From the NCBI GenBank assembly GCA_963712745.1, contig CAVQJC010000020.1:576001-640000 (forward strand): a stretch of DNA of 64,000 nt. The letters are read 5' to 3'. Origin of the DNA: an uncultured Chloroflexia bacterium. Its GTDB lineage: Bacteria > Chloroflexota > Limnocylindria > Limnocylindrales > CSP1-4. A model generated the notes under the pieces. That model was not told the DNA's origin and did not search any database. It saw only the letters and a program-made list of their open reading frames with translations. The translations under genes were made by a program, and so were the position numbers. Below, in pieces: positions 49,369 through 58,553 of the stretch; the first letter of the stretch is position 1; each line of letters begins with the position of its first letter.

Positions 49369-49874
49369 GTTACGCGCCGGTCGAGCGAATCTCGAGTCGG
49401 CACCAAACCGCGGAGTTCGACTGCGGCTCCGGAGCCCAGAGCACCTGGCTTCGTCGATACGCACTCCAGGCCGACCGCATGGACTCCACCCGCGTCATGG
49501 TGATCACCCACAGGGATGACGCCCGCGTCGTCGGCTACTACGCCCTGTCGGCCGGTTCGGTCGAGCCCTCTGCGGCTCCCGATCGAATCGCCAAGAGCAT
49601 GCCCCGATATCCGGTGCCGGTGATCATCCTGACCCGACTGGGCGTCGACCGCGCGGAGCAGGGCCGCGGACTCGGACGCGCGCTCCTCAGGGACGCGCTG
49701 ATCCGCGCGGCGGCTGCGGCTGCAGAGATCGGCGTTCGGGCCATCCTGGTCCACTGCGAGAGCTCGGCCGCCCGCGACTTCTACATCCGGGTCGCCGAGT
49801 TCGAGCCTTCCCCGACCGACCCGCTGCACCTGTACCTCCTACTCAGCGACCTGCGGAAGTCGCTGGAGGATTGA
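49365..49874 (+). CDS. GNAT-family toxin (TacT/AtaT-like)
   Basis: FDCG, VVGYYAL, PVPVIILTRLGVD..QGRGLG and ARDFY; GTGA overlap with the antitoxin. Confidence 0.9.
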   Translation: MSYAPVERISSRHQTAEFDCGSGAQSTWLRRYALQADRMDSTRVMVITHRDDARVVGYYALSAGSVEPSAAPDRIAKSMPRYPVPVIILTRLGVDRAEQGRGLGRALLRDALIRAAAAAAEIGVRAILVHCESSAARDFYIRVAEFEPSPTDPLHLYLLLSDLRKSLED

Positions 49875-49880
49875 CGCTGG

Positions 49881-52314
49881 TCACTCGTCCGCGTCGGCCG
49901 GGCCGTGGTCGACGATGACGATGCCGGGCAGTCCCGGCGGCAGCCGGTCAAGCGGGTGCGCCCGCCGATAGGTGTAGGTGCCGTAGTAGTGCGTGGTCGT
50001 GCCCATGGCCGAGTCGGTGAACGGGTCGCGCTCCCCGTACCCCGCGGTCACGGTGGCCGGCCCCCAGTGGGCGCCGATGCGCTTGAGGCGCATGTAGTCC
50101 TCCGCGGTCTCGTGGTCGCCGAGGTGGTCGGCCAGCTGGGCCGCGTAGGCCAGCCTGAGACCGTGCGTGGGCGTGGCGTCGGTCATCGCCCGCACCTCCG
50201 AGTACGCCGCAGCGTCGCCGCCCCAGGCCGCGATGACCCCCTCGTAGAACAGCGCATCGGCCTGCCCGGCCGCAAGCTCGAGCGCAAGCGCGGGATCACC
50301 GGCCATGAGCGTGATGGCCCAGGCTTCCTCGGGATCGGCCGCGATGGCCCCATCCACCACGGCGGTGAACCGCTCGTCCCCGAGGACTGCCCGCCAGGCC
50401 TCATCCGAGCCGAGGGTAGGCAGGAGCGCCAGGGCCGCGGCGTAGGCCGCGTTCGCCTCCTCGGGTAGCCCCGCGAGATCGTAGACCTGCCCGGCCGCGA
50501 AGGCCAGCGCCGCCTGCTGCTCGCCCAGCCGCAGGGCCTCGGCCAACTCGGCGCGGATCTCCTCGGTCGGTCGGCCGGTCTCCACGCCGGCTCGCGCAAG
50601 GCCCAGCCAGGCGTCGGGCAGATCGTCGAGCGCGATGACGTTGCGATACGCCTGCTCCGCCGCCTCCCACTCGCCGTTGGCCGCCAGCGCCGTGGCAGCA
50701 GCCAGCTGGTAGACACCGATCTCCGGGTCGGCGCGGGCAGCCTCGAGGGCGGGACCCAGCATGTCGGCCCACTCCCCTGCTGCACCTGCGCGCACGGCTT
50801 CCTGGTGGGTCAGCGCGGTGCCCTCGGAGCGGATGAGCTGAAGCATCGCCGCGGAGCAGGCCAGGACGAGCAGGACCACGGCCGCGTTGCGCAGCCAGCA
50901 GGCGACACGCCAGGGCACGAACGGGAGGCCGATGCCGCGGGTGCTGGTGGCATCGAGCACGGCGATGGGCAGGCCCATGAGCAGGGCCACGGTGGGGATG
51001 GTGTGGACGTCGACGACGACGTTGAGCGCGAGGTAGACCAGGCCGAAGACCGAGGCCCAGGCCCACCGGCGCCGCTCGACATCGGCGCCTCGCAGCGCAG
51101 GTATGAGCAACCAGACCACAGCCCCGAAGGCGAGGACGCCGGCCAGCAGGCCCACCAGGCCAAGCTCGGACGCGGTCTGGAAGTACTGGCTGTGGGCGTG
51201 CGGCTGGTAGAGGTCGATCTCACCCGGCTCGGTGTAGGCCACGCGCCGGATCATCCAGGTGCCCGGACCCAGGCCGGCGATGGGGGCGTCCTCGAACATG
51301 CGCAGGGCGGATGGTCCAGAACGTCAGCCGTCCCGCATCGCCCGAATCGAGGCGATCGAGCACAGTGGGGCCCAGGGCGACCGCGATGACGCCGGCCACG
51401 ATGGCGACGGGGATGAGCGCGAGGCGGAACCGGCGGTCGGCCCAGGCCCGGCTGACGAGGTCCCGGCCGCGGCCCTCGATCAAGGCCAGCCCACCCACGA
51501 TGACGATGGTCCCGGCCATCGCCAGCCAGCCCGAGCGGGCACCCGAGGCGAACGCGGCCGCGGCCAGCATCAGGATGAGCACGGCGGCGGTGATACGAGC
51601 CCCGCGCGTAGCCAGGCCCAGCCCGCCGATGGCCGCCACGGTCAGCAACGTGAGCACGGTGAAGACGACGCTGGGGCTGCCCCAGGTCATGCCCAACAGG
51701 GCCGGACGCAAGGGTGGCATGCGCAGCTCGCCGACCAGGCCCCACCACTCGACCCACAGCTGCACGGTCCACAACAGGTAGGCAGCGCCCAGCACCACGG
51801 CCAGGGCGGCCATGACTCCGCCGATGCGAGCGCGTGCGTAGGGCAGCGCCATGATGCGCACCAGCAGCAGGTACAGCGCGATCAGCAGGATGGCGTAGGA
51901 CAGGAAGTCCAGGCCGATGCGCGGGTACTGGCTGAACGTGATCGACAGGCCGAAGGCCACGAGCGGCGCGGCGAAGGCCGGCCAGATGGCCGTGGTCGGC
52001 CGCCAGCCCGGACGGCGCCAGGCCACGATGAGCCAGGCCACCAGTCCGATGCCCACGATGATGAGGTTCAGGAGCCGGACCGGCCCCGAGTACATGCCCA
52101 GCCAGCCGCCGCCGATGACGATGGCGTAGAACAACAGCAGCGTGAAGCCGAGCCAGCCGATGAACGCCAGCCGCGGGTTCGCAGGGCCCTCGGGCTCGGC
52201 GACGGTCGCGGGCCCGGCCGAGGGTTCGGTCAACGGCTCGGCCGGAGGTTCGGTCAAGGGCCCGGCCGGGGGTTCGGTCAAGGGCCCGTCTGATCGCTCG
52301 GCGGGCTCAGTCAA
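49881..52314 (-). CDS. O-antigen ligase/Wzy_C family membrane protein with a C-terminal TPR-like region; apparent frameshift near 51305
   Basis: SGARSGWL, R..FW, PIAGLGPGTW and HAHSQYFQTASELGLVG; helical A/E-rich C-terminus; start uncertain. Confidence 0.8.
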
Positions 52315-52353
52315 GGCTTGCCCCCGACCCCGTGGGTGGCCCACACTCGCGCG

Positions 52354-52929
52354 ATGGCGACGACAGCCCACGCAGAGGGCAGCGAGGCGCGCTGGCACGG
52401 CACGCACGTGAAGCTGCTGGCAGGCGATATCACGCTGATGAGTGTGGATGTCGTGGTCAACGCCGCCAATAGTGCTCTCGCTGGCGGGGGCGGAGTCGAT
52501 GGGGCTATCCACGCTGCGGCCGGTCCCGCCGTCATGGCCGAGCTGGGACGCCGATACGAGGGCTGTCCCACCGGATCGGCTGTCATCACCGGCGCCGGGA
52601 ACCTGCCCGCCCGCCACATCGTTCACGCGGTGGGGCCCATCTGGCAGGGCGGCGGCCACGATGAAGCGGCCCTGCTGTCGTCTGCCTACTCGGCCTCGCT
52701 GGACCGGGTGGCCGAGACGGGATCTCGCTCGGTCGCCTTCGCGGCCATCAGCTGCGGTGTCTATGGCTACCCGCTCGACGAAGCCGCGGACGTGGCCCTC
52801 GCCGCAGTCCGAGCGTGGCTCAGCTCACATCCGGGCAGCGGCATAGAGGACATCATCTTCGTGCTCCGTGGGGCGGCAGTCATGGCTGCGTTCCGCGGAG
52901 CACTCGACCGGATACTCGACCGCGCCTGA
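52354..52929 (+). CDS. Macrodomain O-acetyl-ADP-ribose deacetylase (YmdB-like)
   Basis: GDIT, VVNAANSALAGGGGVDGAIH, HAVGP and ISCGVYGYP. Confidence 0.93.
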   Translation: MATTAHAEGSEARWHGTHVKLLAGDITLMSVDVVVNAANSALAGGGGVDGAIHAAAGPAVMAELGRRYEGCPTGSAVITGAGNLPARHIVHAVGPIWQGGGHDEAALLSSAYSASLDRVAETGSRSVAFAAISCGVYGYPLDEAADVALAAVRAWLSSHPGSGIEDIIFVLRGAAVMAAFRGALDRILDRA

Positions 52930-52982
52930 CCGTGGACGGCACGCGCATCCGGCCTGCACGCGCAACCAGGAGGGAGACCAGA

Positions 52983-54383
52983 GTGACCGACGCCCAGGAC
53001 AGCTTCGACTTCGTCATCATCGGCGCCGGTGCGGCCGGCGAGGCCGCGCTCGAGCTCGCTCGAGAAGACGGGCACAGCGTCGCCATCATCGACGTTGACC
53101 TGTTCGGCGGCTCGTGCGCCTTCTGGGCCTGCATGCCCAGCAAGTCGCTGCTGCACGCAGCGGCGGTGCACCACGCCGGCGGCGACTACCCCTGGCAGAA
53201 GGCGTCCGACTTCCGCGACTGGATGATCAACCGCGAGGGGATCGACTACCCCTCCGACGCGGGCCATGAGCAGCGCTATCGAGATGTGGGCGCAGAGCCC
53301 ATCCGGGGCACCGCCAGGCTCGACGGTCCCGGGGTCGTGCGGGTCGCCCTGCGTGACGGCGGCGAGCGGGTGCTCCACGGGCGAGACATCATCATCGCGG
53401 TCGGCTCGCACTCGCGCATCCCCGACATCGTGGGCCTGGACCAGATCGACTACTGGGACAACCACCAGGGCACGGCCGCGCGTGAGCTGCCCCGTTCGCT
53501 GCTCATCATGGGCGGCGGCCCCACCGGCACAGAGCTGGCCCAGGCCTACGCCCGCTACGGGGTGCCGGTCACGCTCGTCGACTCCAACCCGCGCATCCTT
53601 GCGCGCGACCATGCCCGCAACTCCGAGCTGGTCCAGAAGGGTCTCGAGCGGGACGGCGTGACCGTGCGCACGGGCGTGCGGGCGGTGCGCGTGGACGCCC
53701 GGGCCGGTGCCGACGGGGCCCACCGAGTGACGCTCTCCGACGGCTCGTCGGCCGAGGGTCACGAGGTCATGGTCTCGATCGGACGCGCCATCCCCTTCGA
53801 GGGCCTGGGGCTGGAGACGATCGGCGTCTCGGCCGGGGAACGCATGCCCCGACCCGATGAGCACCTCCGCATCGCCCCGCACGTCTACGTCGTGGGCGAC
53901 CCGGCCGGACCGGAGCTGCACACCCACCTCGCGCACTATCAGGGCGAGATGGCCGTACGCATCGCGCTCGGCGAGCAGGTCACGCCCGACTACCGTGCCA
54001 TCCCCCGGGCGCTCTACACCGACCCCGAGGCCGCCTCGGTCGGGCTGCTGCTGGAACAGGCGCTCCACGCCGGCTACGACGCTTTCGAGGCCACGGCCGA
54101 CCTGGCCGCCACGGCCAAGGGCTACACCGCCGAGGCCGAAGGCCACATCACCATCGTGGTCGACCGCGCCACGCGCACGCTGCTCGGCGTGTTCATCGGC
54201 GGTCCCGGCGCATCGGAGCTCATCCACGAGGCCGTGCTGGCGGTCAAGCTGCGCGTGCCCCTGGCTCAGCTGGCCGACACCATCCACGCCTTCCCCACTG
54301 CCGCGCGAGTCATGGGCAACCTCTTCGTGCAGGTGCACCGGGAGTTGGAGGGCGTCGCCTGGCCGGACCAGACGAAGCAGTAA
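52983..54383 (+). CDS. Class I pyridine nucleotide-disulfide oxidoreductase
   Basis: IIGAGAAG, GGSCAFWACMPSK, GGGPTGTE and IHAFPT; AGGGAG RBS. Confidence 0.9.
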   Translation: MTDAQDSFDFVIIGAGAAGEAALELAREDGHSVAIIDVDLFGGSCAFWACMPSKSLLHAAAVHHAGGDYPWQKASDFRDWMINREGIDYPSDAGHEQRYRDVGAEPIRGTARLDGPGVVRVALRDGGERVLHGRDIIIAVGSHSRIPDIVGLDQIDYWDNHQGTAARELPRSLLIMGGGPTGTELAQAYARYGVPVTLVDSNPRILARDHARNSELVQKGLERDGVTVRTGVRAVRVDARAGADGAHRVTLSDGSSAEGHEVMVSIGRAIPFEGLGLETIGVSAGERMPRPDEHLRIAPHVYVVGDPAGPELHTHLAHYQGEMAVRIALGEQVTPDYRAIPRALYTDPEAASVGLLLEQALHAGYDAFEATADLAATAKGYTAEAEGHITIVVDRATRTLLGVFIGGPGASELIHEAVLAVKLRVPLAQLADTIHAFPTAARVMGNLFVQVHRELEGVAWPDQTKQ

Positions 54384-54467
54384 CGCCGCCCCCCCGGGGG
54401 AATCGTGAACGCAGGACCAGACGCAGCAGTAACGCCGGCCCCCGGGGAATCGTGAACGCCGGACCAG
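54363..54467. repeat. Tandem duplication (47-49 bp) of a gene 3' end, including the stop codon
   Basis: GGACCAG recurs at 54365, 54414 and 54461; AGCAGTAACGCCG occurs twice. Confidence 0.88.
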
Positions 54468-54487
54468 CTGAGCCTGGTCCGGCGTTC
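54454..54487. terminator. Perfect 14-bp stem-loop between convergent genes
   Basis: GAACGCCGGACCAG-ctgagc-CTGGTCCGGCGTTC; no U-tract. Confidence 0.65.
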
Positions 54488-54505
54488 GTACGGCAGTGGG
54501 TTGGG

Positions 54506-55342
54506 CTAGCGAACCCGCACCAGGACGGGCCCCTGCCACTTGGTCTTGTTGCCGCGGCGGTCCTTGGCGCGGATGCGGAACTTGTGATTGCCGGACGGGA
54601 GCATCGTGGTGAGCTCGCGGGCTGTCGTCAGACGGCGGATCCGGGTCCAGTCGCGGGTTCCCTTCTTCTTGTACTGGACCACGAAGCCCTTCAGTCCGGC
54701 GGTGCGGGTAGAGAGCCGTCGGTCCTTGCCCGACCACTTGATGGTCACAGCCTTGCGACCGCCAGCGCCCGCGACCGTGGCGCCCGTACGGACGCTGGTG
54801 ATCTTGGCCTTCGGCGCCGTGTGGTCAGGCTGGTTCACGAAGACGATGGTGTAGAGGATCTTGGCTCCGGCGTTGGCGACGCCAACGCCGACGTAGTTGT
54901 AGCTCCGGCTCAACATGGCCGCGCGATGCCCTGGAGAGTCCTTCCACCAGTCGACCATCCAGCGCGCGCCATCCTGGAGGCCCATGTTCATGGTCCAGCC
55001 GATGTTCTCGCCCCAGAACGCGTGCCCGATGCCGCGGCGCCGCAACATCTTGCCCGCGTCGTCGCCGCTCGGCGAGGTGTGGTCGAAGTAGTGCTTGTCG
55101 CGCATGTCGCGCGAGCGGTCACGCGCCACGATCCGCACACCGTCGGCCATGCGCAGGGGCGCGAGGCCGTTGCGCCCACGCAGCTCGTTCATCTGCTTGA
55201 GCACCGTCTGCTCGGCGTCCTTGATCGAGTCGGAAGGCGCGCTGTAACCCATGGTTGCGGCAGGAAGGAGTGAGATGAGCATCGCCCCCGCAAGCGCTGC
55301 CGTCGTCGCTCGGCGGATGGAGATGGGTCGGAATGAGGGCAT
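54506..55342 (-). CDS. Secreted CAP (SCP) domain protein with a C-terminal Fn3-like domain
   Basis: Signal peptide; NELRGRNGLAPL, YFDH, GENIG, WWKDSPGHRAAML and VGVG. Confidence 0.9.
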   Translation of the reverse strand: MPSFRPISIRRATTAALAGAMLISLLPAATMGYSAPSDSIKDAEQTVLKQMNELRGRNGLAPLRMADGVRIVARDRSRDMRDKHYFDHTSPSGDDAGKMLRRRGIGHAFWGENIGWTMNMGLQDGARWMVDWWKDSPGHRAAMLSRSYNYVGVGVANAGAKILYTIVFVNQPDHTAPKAKITSVRTGATVAGAGGRKAVTIKWSGKDRRLSTRTAGLKGFVVQYKKKGTRDWTRIRRLTTARELTTMLPSGNHKFRIRAKDRRGNKTKWQGPVLVRVR

Positions 55343-55380
55343 GTCTGCACTCTCCCGATACGCCGGCCCTCCGACACCCA

Positions 55381-55495
55381 CACACGCGTACCACCGGGGA
55401 TGCGACTGGCGGGAGTCCTAACCCCTACGGACTACACCAGACCCCACTCGCTGTCCGTTCCGGAGGTCCGCAAATCTGTGCGAGTGGGTGGGGTT
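55381..55495 (-). ncRNA. Candidate structured 5' leader RNA (riboswitch-like) of the CAP gene
   Basis: Stems CCCACUCGC/GCGAGUGGG, CUGGUG/CGCCAG and AGUCC/GGACU; alternative pairing GGGGU/AUCCC. Confidence 0.3.
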
Positions 55496-55576
55496 GGGAT
55501 GGTTCCGCGCGCGCCCGGTGGGGTCCGGGTGCTGGCGGGCCGGAGCGGCCAGGAACGGCGAGGCGGAAGGATGCAC

Positions 55577-55693
55577 GGCGGCGCTCCCGGAGTCGCGGCC
55601 GGTGGCGCCCGGGGCCCGGGGCCCTGGGCGGCGCTCAAGGGTCCGCGGCCGGTGGCGCCCGGGGCCCGGGGCCCTGGGCGGCGCTCACGGGTC
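55577..55693. repeat. Tandem repeat, 50-bp unit, about 2.3 copies
   Basis: GGCGGCGCTC recurs at 55577, 55627 and 55677. Confidence 0.92.
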
Positions 55694-55699
55694 GGCGGC

Positions 55700-55906
55700 G
55701 GCGATGGCCCTGGGCGATCGCGCCACGTGCACCAGTCCGACGTCCGCGGCGGGCGATGGCCCTGGGCGATCGCGCCACGTGCACCAGTCCGACGTCCGCG
55801 GCGGGCGATGGCCCTGGGCGATCGCGCCACGTGCACCAGTCCGACGTCCGCGGCGGGCGATGGCCCTGGGCGATCGCGCCACGTGCACCAGTCCGACGTC
55901 CGCGGC
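55700..55906. repeat. Tandem repeat, 52-bp unit, 4 identical copies
   Basis: GCGATGGCCCTGGGCGATCGCGCCACGTGCACC recurs at 55701, 55753, 55805 and 55857. Confidence 0.97.
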
Positions 55907-56040
55907 AAGCACTTCGGTCTCAGTGACGAGCAGGAGGCCTCGCGACAGTGCCCCGAGAGACCCAGCCCGCTAGCGGCTTGCATGGCGCGCAAGCGATCGT
56001 CACTTCCTTACGGTTGGTGGCAACGAGTGGCGCGCAAGCT

Positions 56041-56364
56041 CGCCACCGCCCCGGTCGCCGCAGATCGACCGGTCGGACTCGTGCAGCCGGTGCAAGCGCC
56101 CGTGCGGACAGCGCCACGCACCGGTCGGACTCGTGCAGACAGCGCCACCGCCCCGGTCGCCGCAGATCGACCGGTCGGACTCGTGCAGCCGGTGCAAGCG
56201 CCCGTGCGGACAGCGCCACGCACCGGTCGGACTCGTGCAGACAGCGCCACCGCCGGTCGCGAGATCGACCGGTCGGACTCGTGCAGCCGGTGCAAGCGCC
56301 CGTGCGGACAGCGCCACGCACCGGTCGGACTCGTGCAGACGGTGCCACCGCCCCGGTCGGACTC
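56041..56364. repeat. Higher-order tandem repeat (about 102-bp dimer, about 3 copies) with a 19-bp core every 46-52 bp
   Basis: ACCGGTCGGACTCGTGCAG recurs at 56068, 56120, 56170, 56222, 56268 and 56320. Confidence 0.95.
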
Positions 56365-56382
56365 ATGCGGCCGAAGGTGGGG

Positions 56383-58488
56383 CTAGGAAGCGGCCTCGGT
56401 CAGGCCCGGTGTCGGGACCGGGGATGGCGTCGGCGTCGGGTACGGCGCGCGCCCCTCGAGGAGGTTGGCGATGGGCTCGGCCAGGCGCTCCATGTAGGTG
56501 GCGGTGACGTGGTGGTTGTCACGGAAGACCACGATGTCGTCGACCACGACCGGGCAGTTCGCACCCGGACAGAGCAGCTCGTTGGCTGAGAGCAGGCTGG
56601 CGCCGGCAGCATCGGCCGCAGCGGACTCGAGCGCTGCGTAGCCAGCGTCGATGACGATGGCTGCGGGCGGATCGCAGTTGCTGACATCTTCGTCGGCCAG
56701 GCAGTCGACCGGGTCGAAGTTGAGGTAGGGCGTCTCCGCCAGCAGGACCACGCGATCGGCGCTCTCAGTGAGCTTCTCCAGCAGCTCCGTCAGCTTCTGC
56801 TGCCAGTAGCCCATGGCTTCCCGGGTCTGGATCACGCGACCGTTGTCCCACAGCTCGTAGTCGCGCGTGATACCCACGAACACGACCTCCGGTTGCTGGC
56901 TGCGGATGCGGCTGATGAGCGCCTTGCGCCATGCCCCGCACTCCTTGAACTCGCGGCGCACCCGGCGTTCCCACACGGGCACGTTCGCCACGTTGCAGGC
57001 GCCCTTGGTGTGGACCTCCAGCCGCCAGCCCTTCTCGGCCGCATAGGCTGAAAGAGCCGGCATCCACTGGGCCCCGTGCGAATCGCCGATGAGCATGGCC
57101 AGCTGCTCGCCTTCGGGATCGCCGTAGACACAGCCCTTCTTGACCTTCTTCTCGGACAGGGTGAGCTGGCAGCCGTCGGCGTAGTGGACGGGCAGGTCCT
57201 CACGGACGCCGGCCAGCTCCACGGCCACCGGGTCGGGCCGGATCCAGGGCATGGGGATGTTGCTGGGCACGGTGATGGCACCGCTCATGACGAGCCCCAC
57301 CACCCCGACCGCGACCGACGCGCTCAGACCAAGCCGGATGGAGCCGCGCGTGCGCGTGGTGAAGAAGGCTGCTCGACGGAAGGGCCGCTCGACGATCTCC
57401 GTGCTCAGGATGGCCAGGACGAAGGCGACGCCGGCCAGGGCCAGGCGGAGGGTCAGGTCATCGGTACCCAGCTGGATGGGGATGAGGATGAGGATCGGCC
57501 AGTGCCACAAGTAGAGCGAGTAGCTGACGCGACCGATGTAGCGCGAGATGGGGTTCCCGAGCAGGATCCGGCCGAGCAGCGTTCCGCGCGTCCCGCCGAC
57601 GATGACGAGGACCGTACCGAGTACCGGCAGGACCGCGGCCACGCCCGGGAACGGGGTTTGGGTGGAGGCGAAGACCCAGGTGAGGACCTCACCTTCAGCG
57701 CCAACCTCCTTGAGGACGCCCCCGGCCACGACGCTGACGACGATGAGCAGCAGTCCGATCGCGACCAGCAGCGGGGCCACGAACGAGGGCACTCGACCGG
57801 GCAGGCGCAGGAGCCCGACCGCCACCAGCGCACCGGCGGCGAGCTCCCAGGCCCGAGTCACGGGCGAGTAGAAGGCCCATGCCGGGTTGGCGTCGGTCCA
57901 GTAGAGCGAGAGCGCGAACGAGCCGATCCCGAGTAGCAGCAGGAACAGGCCGATGAAGCGCGGCGAGAGTACTCGGGTGGCGAGCAGAAGGATCAGCGGC
58001 CAGACGAGGTAGAACTGCTCTTCCACGCCCAGCGACCAGTAGTGCAGCAAGGGCGAGGGAGCGTCGAGCGCGAGGTAGTTCGTGGCTTCGATGGCGAAGC
58101 GGAAGTTGGCCACGTAGAGGGCGGCGGCCGCGGCATCCCCCGCGATCTCGGTCAGACGCAGCGGCGTGACGATAAGCGCGGAAAGGACGAGCGTGACCAC
58201 GATGACCAGGAGGGCTGCCGGCAGCAGGCGGCGCATCCGTCGCGCGTAGAAGCGGATCAGGTCGACCTTGCCGGTCGTCTCCCCTTCTCGCAGCAGCAGT
58301 CCCGTGATGAGGAAGCCGGAGATGACATAGAAGATGTCGACGCCGACGAAGCCGCCGTCGAAGAGCGGGATGCCGACGTGGAACAGCAGCACCGCCAGCA
58401 CCGCGATCGCGCGCAGGCCCTCGATGTCGGGGCGGAAATGGCCGCGGTCCTTCTCCGTCTGCTCCTGGCCCGCGGGCGTCCCGGCCAT
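56383..58488 (-). CDS. Acyltransferase-3 + SGNH O-acyltransferase (OafA/OatA-like)
   Basis: FRPDIEGLRA, GGFVGVDIF, HYWSLGVEEQFY, SYSLYLWHWP, GDSHG and DNHH. Confidence 0.93.
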   Translation of the reverse strand: MAGTPAGQEQTEKDRGHFRPDIEGLRAIAVLAVLLFHVGIPLFDGGFVGVDIFYVISGFLITGLLLREGETTGKVDLIRFYARRMRRLLPAALLVIVVTLVLSALIVTPLRLTEIAGDAAAAALYVANFRFAIEATNYLALDAPSPLLHYWSLGVEEQFYLVWPLILLLATRVLSPRFIGLFLLLLGIGSFALSLYWTDANPAWAFYSPVTRAWELAAGALVAVGLLRLPGRVPSFVAPLLVAIGLLLIVVSVVAGGVLKEVGAEGEVLTWVFASTQTPFPGVAAVLPVLGTVLVIVGGTRGTLLGRILLGNPISRYIGRVSYSLYLWHWPILILIPIQLGTDDLTLRLALAGVAFVLAILSTEIVERPFRRAAFFTTRTRGSIRLGLSASVAVGVVGLVMSGAITVPSNIPMPWIRPDPVAVELAGVREDLPVHYADGCQLTLSEKKVKKGCVYGDPEGEQLAMLIGDSHGAQWMPALSAYAAEKGWRLEVHTKGACNVANVPVWERRVRREFKECGAWRKALISRIRSQQPEVVFVGITRDYELWDNGRVIQTREAMGYWQQKLTELLEKLTESADRVVLLAETPYLNFDPVDCLADEDVSNCDPPAAIVIDAGYAALESAAADAAGASLLSANELLCPGANCPVVVDDIVVFRDNHHVTATYMERLAEPIANLLEGRAPYPTPTPSPVPTPGLTEAAS

Positions 58489-58553
58489 GCCCGTTGACCC
58501 AGCGACCGAGTAGGGCCCGACCGGCGGGGGCGTCAGGCCCGGTGGCGGGGGCG

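Noticed and set aside
33400-49900. Integrative element or prophage
   Set aside because: No integrase, transposase, phage gene, tRNA target or flanking direct repeat found
52983-54383. Mercuric reductase (merA) or lpdA
   Set aside because: Lacks the C-terminal Cys-Cys pair of MerA and the HPTxxE motif of LpdA (it has HAFPT); left at family level
55700-55906. CRISPR array or iterons
   Set aside because: Contiguous identical units with no spacers; no rep gene or AT-rich unwinding region
56041-56364. CRISPR array (19-bp core with about 30-bp spacers)
   Set aside because: The spacers repeat as A-B-A-B'-A rather than being unique, the core is short, and there are no cas genes or AT-rich leader
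55333-56589. Numerous ORFs on both strands in the repeat spacer
   Set aside because: Open only because GC-rich repeats lack stop codons; low-complexity R/A/P/G translations
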